Under the pieces are notes generated by a model, which did not search any database, was not told the origin of the DNA, and saw only the letters and a program-made list of their open reading frames with translations. Position numbers and translations under genes: made by a program. This document shows positions 9,298 to 21,876 of a stretch of 64,000 nt of DNA, piece after piece (the stretch's first letter is position 1; the number at the start of each line of letters is the position of its first letter). This stretch comes from Mayamaea pseudoterrestris (Eukaryota): the NCBI GenBank assembly GCA_027923505.1, contig BROI01000019.1, positions 1 through 64,000 on the forward strand. The letters run 5' to 3'.

Positions 9298-9682
9298 TGT
9301 ATCAATGTGTCGGTCTGTTATCGGCCCTGCTGGATACCTATTTTCCAACACAGACATCTTTCTTCCACTACGACGTAAAGCAAAGTCAAGTTAAACGGGG
9401 GCGTATTCTTTGCGACACTCCGTGAATGCGACTATGTGTCGCTCAAGACGAGTACGTCGTTGCTGTTCATGCTCGCTACGTATGGCGGCATTTGAGACAC
9501 TTCTTTGCCGCGCCAATAGTACACAATTACAGTAGAGAGAAATTTACAATGAATGTTCTAATAATTTCATGCATGGGATGACAAGATCGTCTGCCTGTTG
9601 GAGTTTTTCGTCAGCAATTAATTGTTGTTGCAACATGCCCAATGGTCTCATGGAACCAAAAAGCTGCATCGAATATAGCCAC

Positions 9683-11887
9683 CTAAGCTACACACGCGGC
9701 AGGTGGACACACAAGCTCGAACCGCCATAAGGTCGCTCCTTCGATTGGAATAAGCATACTGCTTTCCCCAAGTCTTTGGTAAAGGCGATCCGCCGCTGAA
9801 TAGCATTTTAAAGCATCTTCCAGATTTCCACGCATAAGCTTTATGTTTCCCATTTCAAAGTATGAAACCGCACGAATTCTATCATTATTGGCAGTAAACC
9901 CTTTACAGAAATATGGCAGTGCGCGTTCAAAGTCCCCACGATGAACAAATATCACAGCAATGCCATGGTGAATCCAACCTGTAATTCGGGTACTATTTAC
10001 ATCATAAACGTTAATCATTTCGTCGCTGAATCGTTCGGCACAGCTATACCAAACCAAGGCCGACTCAGAGTCTCCCTGCATGTACAACATCCACCCAATG
10101 AAGTACAAGTAATGAAACGTATAAACACTCGTTTCTCCTTCGCTAGCAAGCATATGTATGCGGTACGCCTCATATATGGCGTCAAGTGCCAGGGTCAATT
10201 TGCCCATGTAGTGCAAGCACTGCGAAATTGTCAACAGATTTCTCGCAATAAGTTCATGGTCGTCGCCAAGTATTTCTCGCTGAATACAGATTCCTTCTTG
10301 CAGTGCATTTAAAGCTTCGTCAAACTGATTTTGTGAGTAAAAAAGCTGACCAATCTCGAACAAGGTAGAAGCTATTTGAAGGTGCGCACATTCGAGCTGT
10401 CGCTGCACACGAAGGGCACGCTGATATACTTTCAGCGCCGCGACGTAATTCTTCTCTTGATGGTAGACTGTTCCCATCTTTTGCAGTATCGCAATAGTGT
10501 GTTCGTTGTTCTCCAACTGAGGATACTTTTCCAGAATAGCAAAAAAAGCTTTATACCATTTCATGGCTGCACCAACATCGTCACATCGTAGGTCACCAAG
10601 CTTCATGTAGATCGTCGCCATTTCCGCATGCTCTGGACCAAAGATTTTGCACCCGATACTGACTGCGAGTTCGCCCACGCGCAAAGCGTCGTCGTACCGT
10701 GCCATGTCATGATAAACGCTCATAATGGCCTTCAACACGGTAAAATAGTCAGGATGTTCGTTACCGAGTTGGCCTACAATCATTTGTTGGCATTCACGGT
10801 ACGCATCCAAAGACTGCTCTGTATTCCCCAGCTTGCCATGCGATTGACCCAGCCAGAACAGAGTGACTGCAACATTTGCAGTGACATGTTCTTTCTTGTT
10901 GCGTCGGCGGATAGGGAGAGCGTGTTCGAAGGCAAGCAGCGCTTCATCGTGGCGGCCCATGCGAGCCAAGATGCGACCGAGGTTGAAGTAGCATGTTGCG
11001 ACAAGGTTATCATCCTCAGCATTTCCCTCCGCTGCTCCAATAATCGAAATGCTTTCATTGACAGCGGCAAGACCTTTGTCAAACGAGCCGGTTTGATAAA
11101 GCAGCACAGCGAATGCGTTCAAGCATTTTGCGAGTTGGACTGCCTGTATGAGTTGACACTCTCGGCAAAAGTTCAAAAAATTGTTGCACGAATAAATCCT
11201 CCAAGACGCTGCATACTTCGTGTTATTTTGTATATGAGCAACCGCGGCGCGACTGCAACGTATCACCAACTGAAGCCGGACGCGATTGTTAGAATCTGCG
11301 ACACTTCCCTGTTCTTCGGCGGCTTCATCATATCGCTGCAGCGCACTCGCATACTGCTTTTGATTATGAAATAGTCTTCCAATATTGTACAAAATTGTTG
11401 CATTGGCAATGACTTTTGAACTGTTTTCATCCAAGCGAATCGCTTCTGGAAACGGATCGAGCCCATCGTCAAACGATGGGCGACAACGTGAACACTCGGT
11501 AATCAAACTTGGACAATAACATGAAGGACAAGCTTCATGCGATACTGCATTTATTAACTGCAAAATCTCTAGAGACGTTTCATCGTCTTCGCCGCTTGTA
11601 TTCGTCGGTTGCGCATCAAGATTTAGCTGCAAAACGGTTATTGGAGAGGTCGAGTCTGTCTCGCGTTTCTTGTCGTCTTCAAGTCCAGATACCTGCAAGG
11701 CTTCCATCAAAAGCGCTTCTGCCGAATCATATTCACCTTTTTCCATGAAATTTACAGCCTTATTGTTGAGAAGACAAAGGATTGAGATATTACGTCCTTC
11801 GTCATCATTCATGCTGTTGCTGGTTTCCAAGACAATCGAGTCTGCCGCGTCGGAGCTATCGCTTGGATCCATGGAGTTAGAATTCAT
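9683..11887 (-). CDS. Tetratricopeptide repeat protein (kinesin-light-chain-like TPRs)
   Basis: Repeated ATxxxNLGxxxxxxGxxDEAL...A motifs with GxEHP spacers; 734-aa ORF. Confidence 0.85.
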   Translation of the reverse strand: MNSNSMDPSDSSDAADSIVLETSNSMNDDEGRNISILCLLNNKAVNFMEKGEYDSAEALLMEALQVSGLEDDKKRETDSTSPITVLQLNLDAQPTNTSGEDDETSLEILQLINAVSHEACPSCYCPSLITECSRCRPSFDDGLDPFPEAIRLDENSSKVIANATILYNIGRLFHNQKQYASALQRYDEAAEEQGSVADSNNRVRLQLVIRCSRAAVAHIQNNTKYAASWRIYSCNNFLNFCRECQLIQAVQLAKCLNAFAVLLYQTGSFDKGLAAVNESISIIGAAEGNAEDDNLVATCYFNLGRILARMGRHDEALLAFEHALPIRRRNKKEHVTANVAVTLFWLGQSHGKLGNTEQSLDAYRECQQMIVGQLGNEHPDYFTVLKAIMSVYHDMARYDDALRVGELAVSIGCKIFGPEHAEMATIYMKLGDLRCDDVGAAMKWYKAFFAILEKYPQLENNEHTIAILQKMGTVYHQEKNYVAALKVYQRALRVQRQLECAHLQIASTLFEIGQLFYSQNQFDEALNALQEGICIQREILGDDHELIARNLLTISQCLHYMGKLTLALDAIYEAYRIHMLASEGETSVYTFHYLYFIGWMLYMQGDSESALVWYSCAERFSDEMINVYDVNSTRITGWIHHGIAVIFVHRGDFERALPYFCKGFTANNDRIRAVSYFEMGNIKLMRGNLEDALKCYSAADRLYQRLGESSMLIPIEGATLWRFELVCPPAACVA

Positions 11888-12357
11888 GACAAATCGAGCG
11901 ATTTAAGGTTTTAATAGTGTTTCACAGTACTATGAAGGTCTTCATACGTCCTCACTGTCAATCTAGTCACGATGTGAAGATCTTGTCTCCGACGATCGAG
12001 CCAATGCGGATCAACAACGCCTTCGCGCTGATGTCGTATGATAAACGGTGCGACACGAAGGTGGAATGTTGCGCCGTGAAAATCGACTGCCTTCATTCTT
12101 CCCATTGCCACCGCTCGTCTTGAAGTATTATTTCCGCTTCATTCTTATATTTTTACATCAGTACGAAGCTGCTGATATTGTATGGAAATACGGCTGCTTT
12201 GCTTTAGCTTCTCTGGCGCGCCCGTAGCCCGCCATGCAATCTACTTTTGCCCGTGATATTAAGAAGTTGATAAGCAGATTAGTTTATTCGGATAACAGCT
12301 ATAACAGTGTCACCAGCGCATCATGCTACATGAAGGACCTTTAATTACTACTTTGAC

Positions 12358-15300
12358 CTAATCTTCGAACGAGATGCTGAGCTTGTTTTGTTTGCGTCGC
12401 GAGCGACGAGTCTTTTTTCCTTCGTCCATCTTTTCCAAGTAATTCATCTCGAGCATTTCTTTGACAATATCTTCGCCTCTCTCGACCCAAATGCGTCGAT
12501 TCTCCAAGGCATTAGTGAGACACTCGTCACTTGAAACTCCAAAAACACCACAATCTTTGAGTTTCTTGGCAAGGGGAATGATATAGAAATCAAAGAAGCC
12601 GATTTCGCCCTTGTACCAACCGACGGATGGGCAAACACCATCAACGCGCCCTGTTTTAAAGGCCAAATGCATCTCGAAGAAGAGTCGCTCGTTCCATTTG
12701 CGATAAATCTCCCAGTGCTGCATGGTATGCGAAACGTCCGACGCTTGGATCAAATGCTCAAGCACTATCGTGGCCTTGCGGTTCACTTGCACATGAACGG
12801 GCTCGCTCAAACTTGCTTCTGAAAATGCCTTTTGCCATCTCTGATCCCGTAGTGCCTTGAGTTGAGGGTCAAAAATGTCGGTACTGATGACTATATTGAC
12901 TGTGATCTGTCGGAAACGGTTCAACTCGGACTGGTCGGCAAAGATGCAACTGCGAAGTTCCCTAAAGTTTGGTTGCATGAGCAACTCCCATGCCAAGTCG
13001 ATGGAGTTCTGCTCGGCAACACTAAAGGATTATGAAGACAACTGAGAAAGGATTTTGCAATAGTTTCGATTGCGAACTCAGCCATGCTTACCTTTTGCCC
13101 TTGTAAAACGTTGCAACTGGAGCATTCTCCTTTACTAATTGCCCATTCGATACACCGCAATGATCAACGTCATGAATGAGTGCGGCCCAAACAACTGCGA
13201 ACGAAGTTAAAGGGTCTGATGTAATTCCGAACGTGTAGTTGTGCACGTCGGATGCGACAGAGTCCTTTGCTCCTCGATAATCAACCGAATCTGGACTGAC
13301 AACTCGCTGCAGGAGCTTGATCATGCTCATTTGGACGTGACATGCATGTGCGTAGTTGTGGAAAGGATTATCTCGGTACATGGAAGCGATACCGGTCACA
13401 AAGTCGCGGAGCTGACCTTCCACGTCGCCATCAAGTTCGATAGAATCCGGATCGACGTGCTGGATCGGCTGGGAAGTGTCCAAGCGAGGGAGCTCAATAA
13501 TTTCGCGTACTTCATCCAAAGTATTGCCCTCGTCTGAGATCAAAGATGACAGAACACTATCGTCGGGTTGAAAAGCGAATCCTTTTGTGGCAACTCGATG
13601 GGCGACCACCGGCTTCAAGAGATTCAATAGAATCTGCGTGTTCCAGTCAATGAGGCGGCACGTGGCATCTGACGCGCTACGACGCAATGTCGTTGGTGGT
13701 GGCATGTCGATTTCCGAACGAGCCCAAATTTCATGCTTGGCCGTCTTCATTGCTTCCCGCCCAGTTGCGCTCGTCTGCCATGGGGCCTCTGGGCATTTTT
13801 CTTCGGGCATGCCATCGAACGAGTCGCACGAAATTTGACTCATGAGTTTAGTTCGCTGTGAGTATGCTTCACGCGATTCTAACCAGAACGTCTGCATTTG
13901 ACCCTTGCCCTTGGCGGACACGAGATCTTCGCGGGGCGTCACCCAACTTCCTTTTCCAGCTTCAATGAGCAAATTCGCCGTGGCTTCCGATACTTGCACG
14001 CGATCACGCTGCCCCGTGCTCTCCATTCGAGCGGCAGTATTGACGGTGTCACCAAAAAGCTGTTCAAAAGAGCGAACGATGTGAGTACGACTTTGTCGAG
14101 GGGTTTTTGAACGGAATGCGATTTAATTGACGCACCTGGAACCGAGCGCGCTCTCCGCGAAGCACACCAGCAATTACAGGACCCGAATGAAGTCCGAACC
14201 GCATGACAAGACTGCTAGTATCTGGGCCGAGAATACGTTCCAGTTTGCGAGTGACCTCTTTCATCTTGGATCGGCAATGCAAAGCGAAACCAGCCATAAT
14301 TTCGGCATGATTCGGTTGTCGATCCGGAAGTCCAGTGACAGCGACGTAACAATCACCAATTGTTTCGACTTTGAAGACGTGACGTTTGCGAGCAGCCTTG
14401 TCGAAAGCTTGGTAAACTGCTTGTAGGAGCTGAAAGACTTGTTCCGGTGGTCGTTCCGAAGCAAACGCGGTGAATCCTGGTGACCAAATATGTATGTAAG
14501 TTTTGCATATTCGCATAACGACCATTTGCTACAGGGTGGGACTACGACTATCGCTTCCGGCACTTACCAGCAATATCAGCGAAAAGGACAGTGCATGCAG
14601 GGAAAAAGTCAGCAATCTGCGATGGAAGAGACTTTGTAAGAAATGTCAAGCAACAACGATCAATACTCAGTGTCTCATGAACTGTACTTACTGGCTTGTC
14701 AGATTGATTCATCACCAAGTCATCGTACATGTTACCACTGTCCTTTAAAACTTGCTTAAGCTTGTGCTTTGGCGGCTCCTTGATTAGTCCAGGTGCATTA
14801 TGGTTCTGATGCGAAAGAAAGGCTGCTTTGACTTGCGACTCCTCCATGTCATCCTGCTCAACGTCCTTGGAGCATGCGTCATGGTCGGCGTGATTTTGAA
14901 AGAGGCGATCAGCAACTTGGTTGGGAAAGAGACTTGACACAATCTTGGTCGATCGAAGGACAGCTTCATGAACTTGTTTTTGTCGGCGCTGGACAATGCA
15001 ATCGTATAACAAGAAAAGCATGGTCAACAGAATAAACATGACAGCCACTAGTGCAGCGTATATACCAGCTGATGACTTGTTTCTAGTGGCGGTTGCAGGA
15101 TATACGCGGAAAGAGAAACGAGATTGCGTCTTCTGGGACTTTGACATGGTATAAGAAGCGGTTGCATTGGTGAAGAAATCCCATGTTTTCGCACTAATGT
15201 ACTTTTGCTTATCACGCGCGTCTGCATTTGCAAAGTACACCGCCTTGTTCTCCTTGACGGCAAACGAAAATGACTTGCTGTCCTTGTCGATGTCGAGGAC

Positions 15301-16323
15301 ACAATGACTCGTTCTTGAAACTGCAGCGTCAGATATCAACTTACTCCAGCGAAAAGTGGCACCGAGGATGCCAACGACACTCGTGGCATTGGTCTGGGAA
15401 CGAATGGGATAGTAGACGGTCCCGAATGGCTCCTCAGTGTCGTCTTGGTTCATTTCGCCCGTGCTCTCCATGATGCGTTCGAGTAGATGGTTGAACTCAT
15501 TATCGTTCGATGACTTGTTTATGACATGTCCCAAAGTTGCTTGCCCACTGGAGAGAACGTAGCGAAGGTCATCGGCAATGTCTGAAAGACTCAACATGTC
15601 GGCAATGTAAATGGATGGATTTAAAACTTTTGGCGAGAGTTGCCACAGTGGAAGAAACGGACCGTCGTTATCCGCGGTGATCGACCTTGAGTAAGCGTCT
15701 TGATTGACGGAAGCCACTGTTGCATTAATAAAACCAGTGTCATTAAGCTTGTTCAGCGTAGAATGACCTTTTTTTGACCAGTCATTATGGTTTGTTGTGT
15801 AGTTGTTCCATGCCGGGATATCGCTGGCGTTGACGAGTGGAAGCAGCATGATTGTTTCAAATCCAGCATGCCTTCGCTGCTGGTCTCCTCCAAAATCGTT
15901 GAACGATACAAATGGCCACTCCTGTCCGCCGCGCATCGACAGCTCCAAGCTGTAGTCATTCATGACTTGCAGCATGTGTACAAGTCTGTTTTCAATGGTG
16001 TCAAGCAAGTTATTTGCCTCGATGCGAGCAATCTCTGACGTTTGCTCTGCGTACTTTTGACTCGCAACGTAAACGGTCGCTGCCGTCATGGCACCCGTCA
16101 CCAAGACCACGACTAGAATTACTAGTCGAAGCACCAGAATGATTCGCGTCTCGGGGCTTTCATGTTGCTGCAGCTGCTTTTTGTTTTCGGCCCGGGAGGT
16201 TTCGCCGCTGCTGCAAAAGCCAGACTCGTCGTCCGCGTAGTCGATGGAGCCGTCATGGTCGTCTGTGAGGATCATTTTATCCTCCTGACAAATGCGACTA
16301 TCCATGAGGTTGCGAATGGACAT
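12358..16323 (-). CDS. Membrane adenylate/guanylate cyclase-phosphodiesterase fusion (5 exons)
   Basis: TM-sensor-TM, then cyclase motifs ([41 protein letters not shown]) and PDE motifs ([30 protein letters not shown]). GT-AG introns near 14617-14690, 14478-14566, 14060-14135 and 13022-13091. Start uncertain. Confidence 0.9.
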
Positions 16324-16719
16324 GGCAGCCTTGAGTTTGTTGCTGCGCCTGTGGTCAAGCATGGGTGCGATGAATTGTGATGGAGCGAGTGCTTCGATTT
16401 GTGGAAGGACAAGGTGGGAAAAGAAGCTTTCGCGTTCGGTCCGAAGAACAAAGAACATGCGAAGCACAATTGAATTACTCCGATTTCATGATTAACAATT
16501 GTATCCTTGCCCAACCCAGCACATTAGGTAAAGGACACTGAACTAATAGTATATCTTCATATATCATGCAAGAGGACATTAGAAAAGATAACACATAGTT
16601 ATTGGTACAAGGCAGCCACTGACAACGCGGAAGTTCTCGTACCCCCATCACATTTGCACATCGCCGTCTGGGTCCTTTTACAGAAAGTGTTAACAACAAT
16701 AAACCGAAGCAAGAGACTA

Positions 16720-18003
16720 CTAATCACCGAGTATGACCGTTCTGTGACTGACTTGCGCCGCAGCATTGGCAGCAACCGACGTGTAGAGGCGGCGGCAGAC
16801 AAGGTCAAGATCGGTGCCTTGAAAGGGCAATGGCGGTGGCTTTAGCTTGGGCGAACTTTCCAAGTGTTTCATGATCCATGGGTCACGCAAGGCTTCCTTG
16901 GCGCTAATGCGACTGGATGGAACAGGATGCAGCATCTTAGCCACTAGCTCCTTGGCTTCCACTGAAATATCCTTCCAATCGGAATTTGGAAACACGACTT
17001 TGGTTTCATCGTTTCCAGCGAAAATGGGCGGAAACCCACAGAGGAGAATGTATACAGTAACTCCCAATGAGTACACGTCAATAGCGGGACTATAGCATTC
17101 CGAAAATGCCACCTCGGGAGCGGTGTAATAGTCGCGTCCGAGAATACTATGCGTCCTTTGAATGCGTCCAGGTGTGACGACTGGCAATGGCGTCGCTAAT
17201 ACATCATCATCGTCCTCGTCACTATCAGACTCGACTCCTTGATCAAACAGTGGTCGGGCAAGACCAAAGTCACAAAGCTTGACATGAATGTCATTTTCAT
17301 TCTCGGAAACAAGTAAAATGTTTTCCGCCTTGATGTCACGATGCACAAACCCAGCTTCATGCAAATCAAACAAGGCTTGAAGAATCTGATGAGTGATGCG
17401 TGAGGCCTGCGCTTCCGTATACCTTTGGGATGATTTGGATCGACCTTGCTTATTTTGGAGTGCCGCAAAGAGCTCGCCGCCTTCACAGTACTCCAACACC
17501 AACTGAATCTCCTCATCCGTTTCATATACATCCAAGAGACTGATAATGTATGGATGATCTTGGAACCGTTTCAAAATCTCCCACTCCTCCACGTAGAAAC
17601 GCCCACGCACCCGCAGTCGCCTCGATCGTAGCGCTTCATGCTTGGCAATCGTCTTGATTGCCACCTTGACGCCATCCGCCAGTCGCACGGCCAATCGCAC
17701 CGTGCTAAAGGCGCCATGACCCAAGACGCCGCGACTGTGCGGTGCGTGGAGGTCGTAGTCGTTCGATAATCGTTTGTTTGGATCAGATTTGGTGAGTCGA
17801 ACGGCATGTCTCCGAAACGCGGAGAGTGTCAAGGGAGGCTTCGTCATGATTGCTGATTCGTCCGTGGATGCTGATGGCAATGGTCGCAGCATGATGGTAT
17901 CTGACATCAAAGTTGCAATGCTAGCGGCGGAACGCTGGTCTTTCTCCTCATTTGGATCGTCGTTGTCGAATGTGAGCGGCAAACGTAGACTCGTCATTGC
18001 CAT
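16720..18003 (-). CDS. CAMK-group Ser/Thr protein kinase
   Basis: GHGAFSTV, VAIK, HRDIKAEN, DFG, YTAPE, DVYSLGV all intact. Confidence 0.93.
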   Translation of the reverse strand: MAMTSLRLPLTFDNDDPNEEKDQRSAASIATLMSDTIMLRPLPSASTDESAIMTKPPLTLSAFRRHAVRLTKSDPNKRLSNDYDLHAPHSRGVLGHGAFSTVRLAVRLADGVKVAIKTIAKHEALRSRRLRVRGRFYVEEWEILKRFQDHPYIISLLDVYETDEEIQLVLEYCEGGELFAALQNKQGRSKSSQRYTEAQASRITHQILQALFDLHEAGFVHRDIKAENILLVSENENDIHVKLCDFGLARPLFDQGVESDSDEDDDDVLATPLPVVTPGRIQRTHSILGRDYYTAPEVAFSECYSPAIDVYSLGVTVYILLCGFPPIFAGNDETKVVFPNSDWKDISVEAKELVAKMLHPVPSSRISAKEALRDPWIMKHLESSPKLKPPPLPFQGTDLDLVCRRLYTSVAANAAAQVSHRTVILGD

Positions 18004-18506
18004 TTTCTAGTTAGTGCAATGGATTTCGGAGCAAATCTTTGGGTGTCAACAGACTTTTTCTACACGTGACGTCAAGTCGTCAAGTTGGCGATGCGAATGA
18101 ATGATTACTAGTGAGAGCGATCAAACACTCTTCTCTCGTTACTTGTCGCTCAAGAATGAACTAACGCTTTCTATGCTTGTTGCACAACTCCTTGCCATGC
18201 TGACAACTTGTATTCGTGTCGCCAAAAGTTCTGGATCAAAATCGGCAAATGCGTCGTGGCGAACGGAACGAGAAAGGATCCGGAACCAGTGTGACTTCTG
18301 TGAGATGTGGGATTGACATCTTCGTCCGAATGACTTTTGACATTTTATCACGAATGCTTCAATGACTTTTTCCTTGCCTCTGTCGTAGCGGTTCTAATTA
18401 CGATTCGAAAAATTCGATGGTCGCGCGAGGCTTCATTTCACTAACAGTAAGCACTTGTCGATGACGCAGCCAACAACAAGTCAAGCTAACCAATCTACAC
18501 TTCACC

Positions 18507-20084
18507 ATGACGGAAGTACGAAACATTGGTGACAACAATCAAAGCTTGTTTGCCACGCAAAGCTACAAGGAAGGTGATGTCATACTCGAGGAAGCTGCTC
18601 CACTGGTGCGTCTGGGCCCAACGTTGACGCTGCAACAAAATGAAGCGTCGTTGTTTGCCCAATTCAACAGTGGCAAGTCATTGAACGTAAAACCTACGGC
18701 AAAATACGCTGCAACGACTGGAAAGCGAAAGAGTGAGCAAATTGTGACGACGCCACTACAGACGTTCTACGATTCCATTTCCGTTCCGTCCGACATTGTC
18801 GAACCTAGGCTCGCCGGTACATTTCGATCCATGGTGCAGGCTGCGACATGTTTTGCGTGCGCTACAATCAACGAAGATGTCACGGAACGATTACTAAAGC
18901 TGTATCATCCTTCGTTGATTGCTCCAGCAACGGACGAAGAAAAGGCGATTGTAACACTCGCTCAACAAGCGTTGAGCTACATGCAGGCAAACGCCCGAGA
19001 AGGATCCAAGCTCCAGCAGTTACTGGAACATGGCGGCGGCGGCGATTTACTCGTCAAAGTCATGCTCATTTATAGCTGCAACTCGTTTGAAGGTGGACGC
19101 ATCTACGAACGGACCAGTCGCATCAACCATTCCTGCGACCCAAACGCTGTCGTCAATGTCGACGGCAATGAGGAATCGCAACGAGTCTTGGCTGCCACGA
19201 ACATTTCTGTTGGCGACGAGATTACCATATCATACCTTGGAACCATGCTATATTCCGACAAGACGAGTCGACGGGAAAGGTTGCGGCGCGACAAGCATTT
19301 CATCTGCCAGTGTGCGCGGTGCGTCGCGGCGGCGGACTTGGCCGCGCGCGTGCCATGTAACTCCTGTCACCCTCGACCAAGTGGCCAGAGGCAGTTGGAC
19401 GAAGACGTGCAGTATGACGATGAACGCACCGTCCACTACATGGCGCCGAACGGACACGGTCTTTATACTTGTGAACGTTGCAGCAAAATACTTGATGTGA
19501 CCATTAAAACGGACGAACAACTGCTCAAGACGATTCAATCCGTGACGGCCAAAGTATCTATATTCATAAACGACAACCTGTCTACAAAGCCAGCAAGCGA
19601 AGACAATGACCAGGAAGCCGACATGGTGCAGCAGACGCTACGCGAACAGCACTTGGAGCTGGCGAGTAGCTTTCTCGGAGCGTCGCACTGGACGACCAAC
19701 CTGTTGTTGCTCATGCAGTTGACGCAGCTGCTGGAAAATCTTCATGCGGAGAGCCTTTTGGAAACATCAACTGACAGCAACAGTGACGTCGACATGGATA
19801 CGATTGCTCAAGGCATTGACATGTTGGAGCGACTGGTACGTTTCGTGGATGGTCTGCAGCTTGCGCTTCATCGCGGCCACTTGCTTTCAGACGTCGTTAT
19901 TGGAATGGCGCGAGCGTTGGTGAGCTTGGGCGACGTCAAGAGCCAGAAATATGCCGTGGAATGGCTCGACAAGCTTGATGACTATGTTGAAAAGTTTGAG
20001 AGCGAAGGCATGTGCAAGGTTGTTACAGCACTCAAGGTGGCTTGGACGAGGGGCGACGATAAGAAACAGAAATTGATCAAGTAA
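18507..20084 (+). CDS. SET-domain (SMYD-like) lysine methyltransferase
   Basis: SRINHSCDPNA, GDEITISYL, post-SET FICQCARC. Confidence 0.9.
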   Translation: MTEVRNIGDNNQSLFATQSYKEGDVILEEAAPLVRLGPTLTLQQNEASLFAQFNSGKSLNVKPTAKYAATTGKRKSEQIVTTPLQTFYDSISVPSDIVEPRLAGTFRSMVQAATCFACATINEDVTERLLKLYHPSLIAPATDEEKAIVTLAQQALSYMQANAREGSKLQQLLEHGGGGDLLVKVMLIYSCNSFEGGRIYERTSRINHSCDPNAVVNVDGNEESQRVLAATNISVGDEITISYLGTMLYSDKTSRRERLRRDKHFICQCARCVAAADLAARVPCNSCHPRPSGQRQLDEDVQYDDERTVHYMAPNGHGLYTCERCSKILDVTIKTDEQLLKTIQSVTAKVSIFINDNLSTKPASEDNDQEADMVQQTLREQHLELASSFLGASHWTTNLLLLMQLTQLLENLHAESLLETSTDSNSDVDMDTIAQGIDMLERLVRFVDGLQLALHRGHLLSDVVIGMARALVSLGDVKSQKYAVEWLDKLDDYVEKFESEGMCKVVTALKVAWTRGDDKKQKLIK

Positions 20085-20144
20085 TTTGCTGGTACTAATT
20101 TTATGTTAGGCAAGCAATATCACTTCAAACCAAATATTTTCAAT

Positions 20145-20678
20145 TTAATACTTTGGTTCTGGAACAGTCCACCCTTTGGCTTGCAGCGCCTTGGCGTAGT
20201 ACTTGAGTCGCTTTTGGTTGACGCCCAGGTCGCTTTGGCCAATGCGCGAGGACGACTTGACCGACACTTCGGCGCCATCCAGCTGCACCACAAAGTCGTC
20301 AATGTAGGGTTTGCCGCCGTTGAAGAGTTTGGCAAAGTTGCCTAAATTCTTGTATTCGATGCGAGCCCGGCCTTTGGAACTAAGCGTATTTTCGACAATG
20401 TCGTAGCCAGCGCCGTCAATTCCGGCTTGTCCAGTGGTGGGATACGATTGAACAACCTCCATGATGGTTTTGACGACAGCTCCTTTGGGAGTTCTTGGTG
20501 GTGGAGTCCAGCGCGTCAATATGCAATTCTTGGAGCCCTTGGGGCAAGGCTCCAGTGCGAGGGCAGTCGCCAAGGCAAAGGAAATAGCATGACTACCAAA
20601 TCCAGTTGTAGCGACTGCATCTGCTGAAGCCGTGCAACTAAGAGCTGCGATGAGGATAAGCGATAGGAACTTCATCAT
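20145..20678 (-). CDS. DUF1499-family protein with signal peptide
   Basis: PCPKGSKNC, YIDDF, SSSRIGQSDLGVNQKRL. Confidence 0.8.
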   Translation of the reverse strand: MMKFLSLILIAALSCTASADAVATTGFGSHAISFALATALALEPCPKGSKNCILTRWTPPPRTPKGAVVKTIMEVVQSYPTTGQAGIDGAGYDIVENTLSSKGRARIEYKNLGNFAKLFNGGKPYIDDFVVQLDGAEVSVKSSSRIGQSDLGVNQKRLKYYAKALQAKGWTVPEPKY

Positions 20679-21119
20679 GCTTGGCTTACGTTTTTGTTGT
20701 AAGTGCTGGATTAGACGATTGCGTGTCGTTTGTGTAGAGGCGAGCTTCATCCGCTCGTCCCTCTCGCAGCTGCATCATCGTGCGATCGAAAATGTGAGTC
20801 AGAAACATGTGTGGAGGCCGGCTGGCGCGATGGCCATGCAAAAGGGGGCAGTCACACGGTTAGCTATTGCTCGTTTAGCAATCGATGCAGGTAATGAAGG
20901 CATCGACGACATACTCTATGAGTTTCAATTTATGTAATCTATAGTTCTTGTAGATAGCGCGTAGTTATACACTATATCGCCGTCTCTTTCACAAGACCGT
21001 ACCAACAGCCAAAAATGGCGAGGGACGGTGCTTTCAAGATTCGAGAACCACTTTTGGCTGGTCGACTGGCCCAACTCCGTCTCGTACAAAATGCATTTGT
21101 CACGAATTTCCATACTTCT

Positions 21120-21599
21120 TTACTTTTCGCCAGCCATTTGTTGAGTTTGACGCTGTCGTCGCTCCATGAGGTCTTCCTTATATTCTCGCACCAACTCAAT
21201 CTTGCTCTTGTCGGACATGCCCATGCCATTGTAATAGCCTTCCGTATTAGGCTTTCCAGAGGGCTGGTACTTGCGCTTGCCGTAAAAGACTTCTCCATTG
21301 CCTGATTATGAGAAAGAAAGATGATGAAAAAATGGGCGCACAGCGCACAGCGCACAGCGCACTGAATGGGTGCAGCTTCAACAATCGAAACATTACAATT
21401 TCAACTTACCCATGCGCTTGTTCATAAAGTCATCCATTACATCATCAAAGTTTTCGAAAAAGTCTGATATGCCTTCCAAAATCTTCGCATGAGCGACCGT
21501 CTTGCTCTTATCACAGCGACGAGACATCGGTTGTTGGTGGGTCAGAAAGGCCGACGCTGTCGCGACTAGCATGAATATCGACAGAACGAAGACCGACAT
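21120..21599 (-). CDS. Small plastid-targeted protein of unknown function (2 exons; intron 21302-21409)
   Basis: Signal peptide ending ASAF; the spliced frame gives DDFMNKRMG|NGEVFYGKRKY; stop TAA at 21122-21120. Confidence 0.75.
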
Positions 21600-21876
21600 T
21601 GTCGATAAGGAGTTTTAACGGATATGAATTCAATGCAATCCTCTGTTGATCCACCATGGAGCATGGCGGAATGCAGAATGCAATCACACGACGTCGCGCA
21701 CACACACATCAACTTGCACGCGCCGCGCCAAGTCAGAATGCCGGAGTTGCGATGCGACATTTACTATTTCTCGTTACCTGCAGGAGTATAGCCACTACGG
21801 TAGTATCTTATGCCGGCAATTGCAGACTGCAAAAGCATTGTCACTGCTGCTATTGATAAGGTTACCGCAAAAGTCC

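Noticed and set aside
21336..21362. (GCGCACA)x~4 repeat
   Set aside because: Short intronic microsatellite with no further structure.
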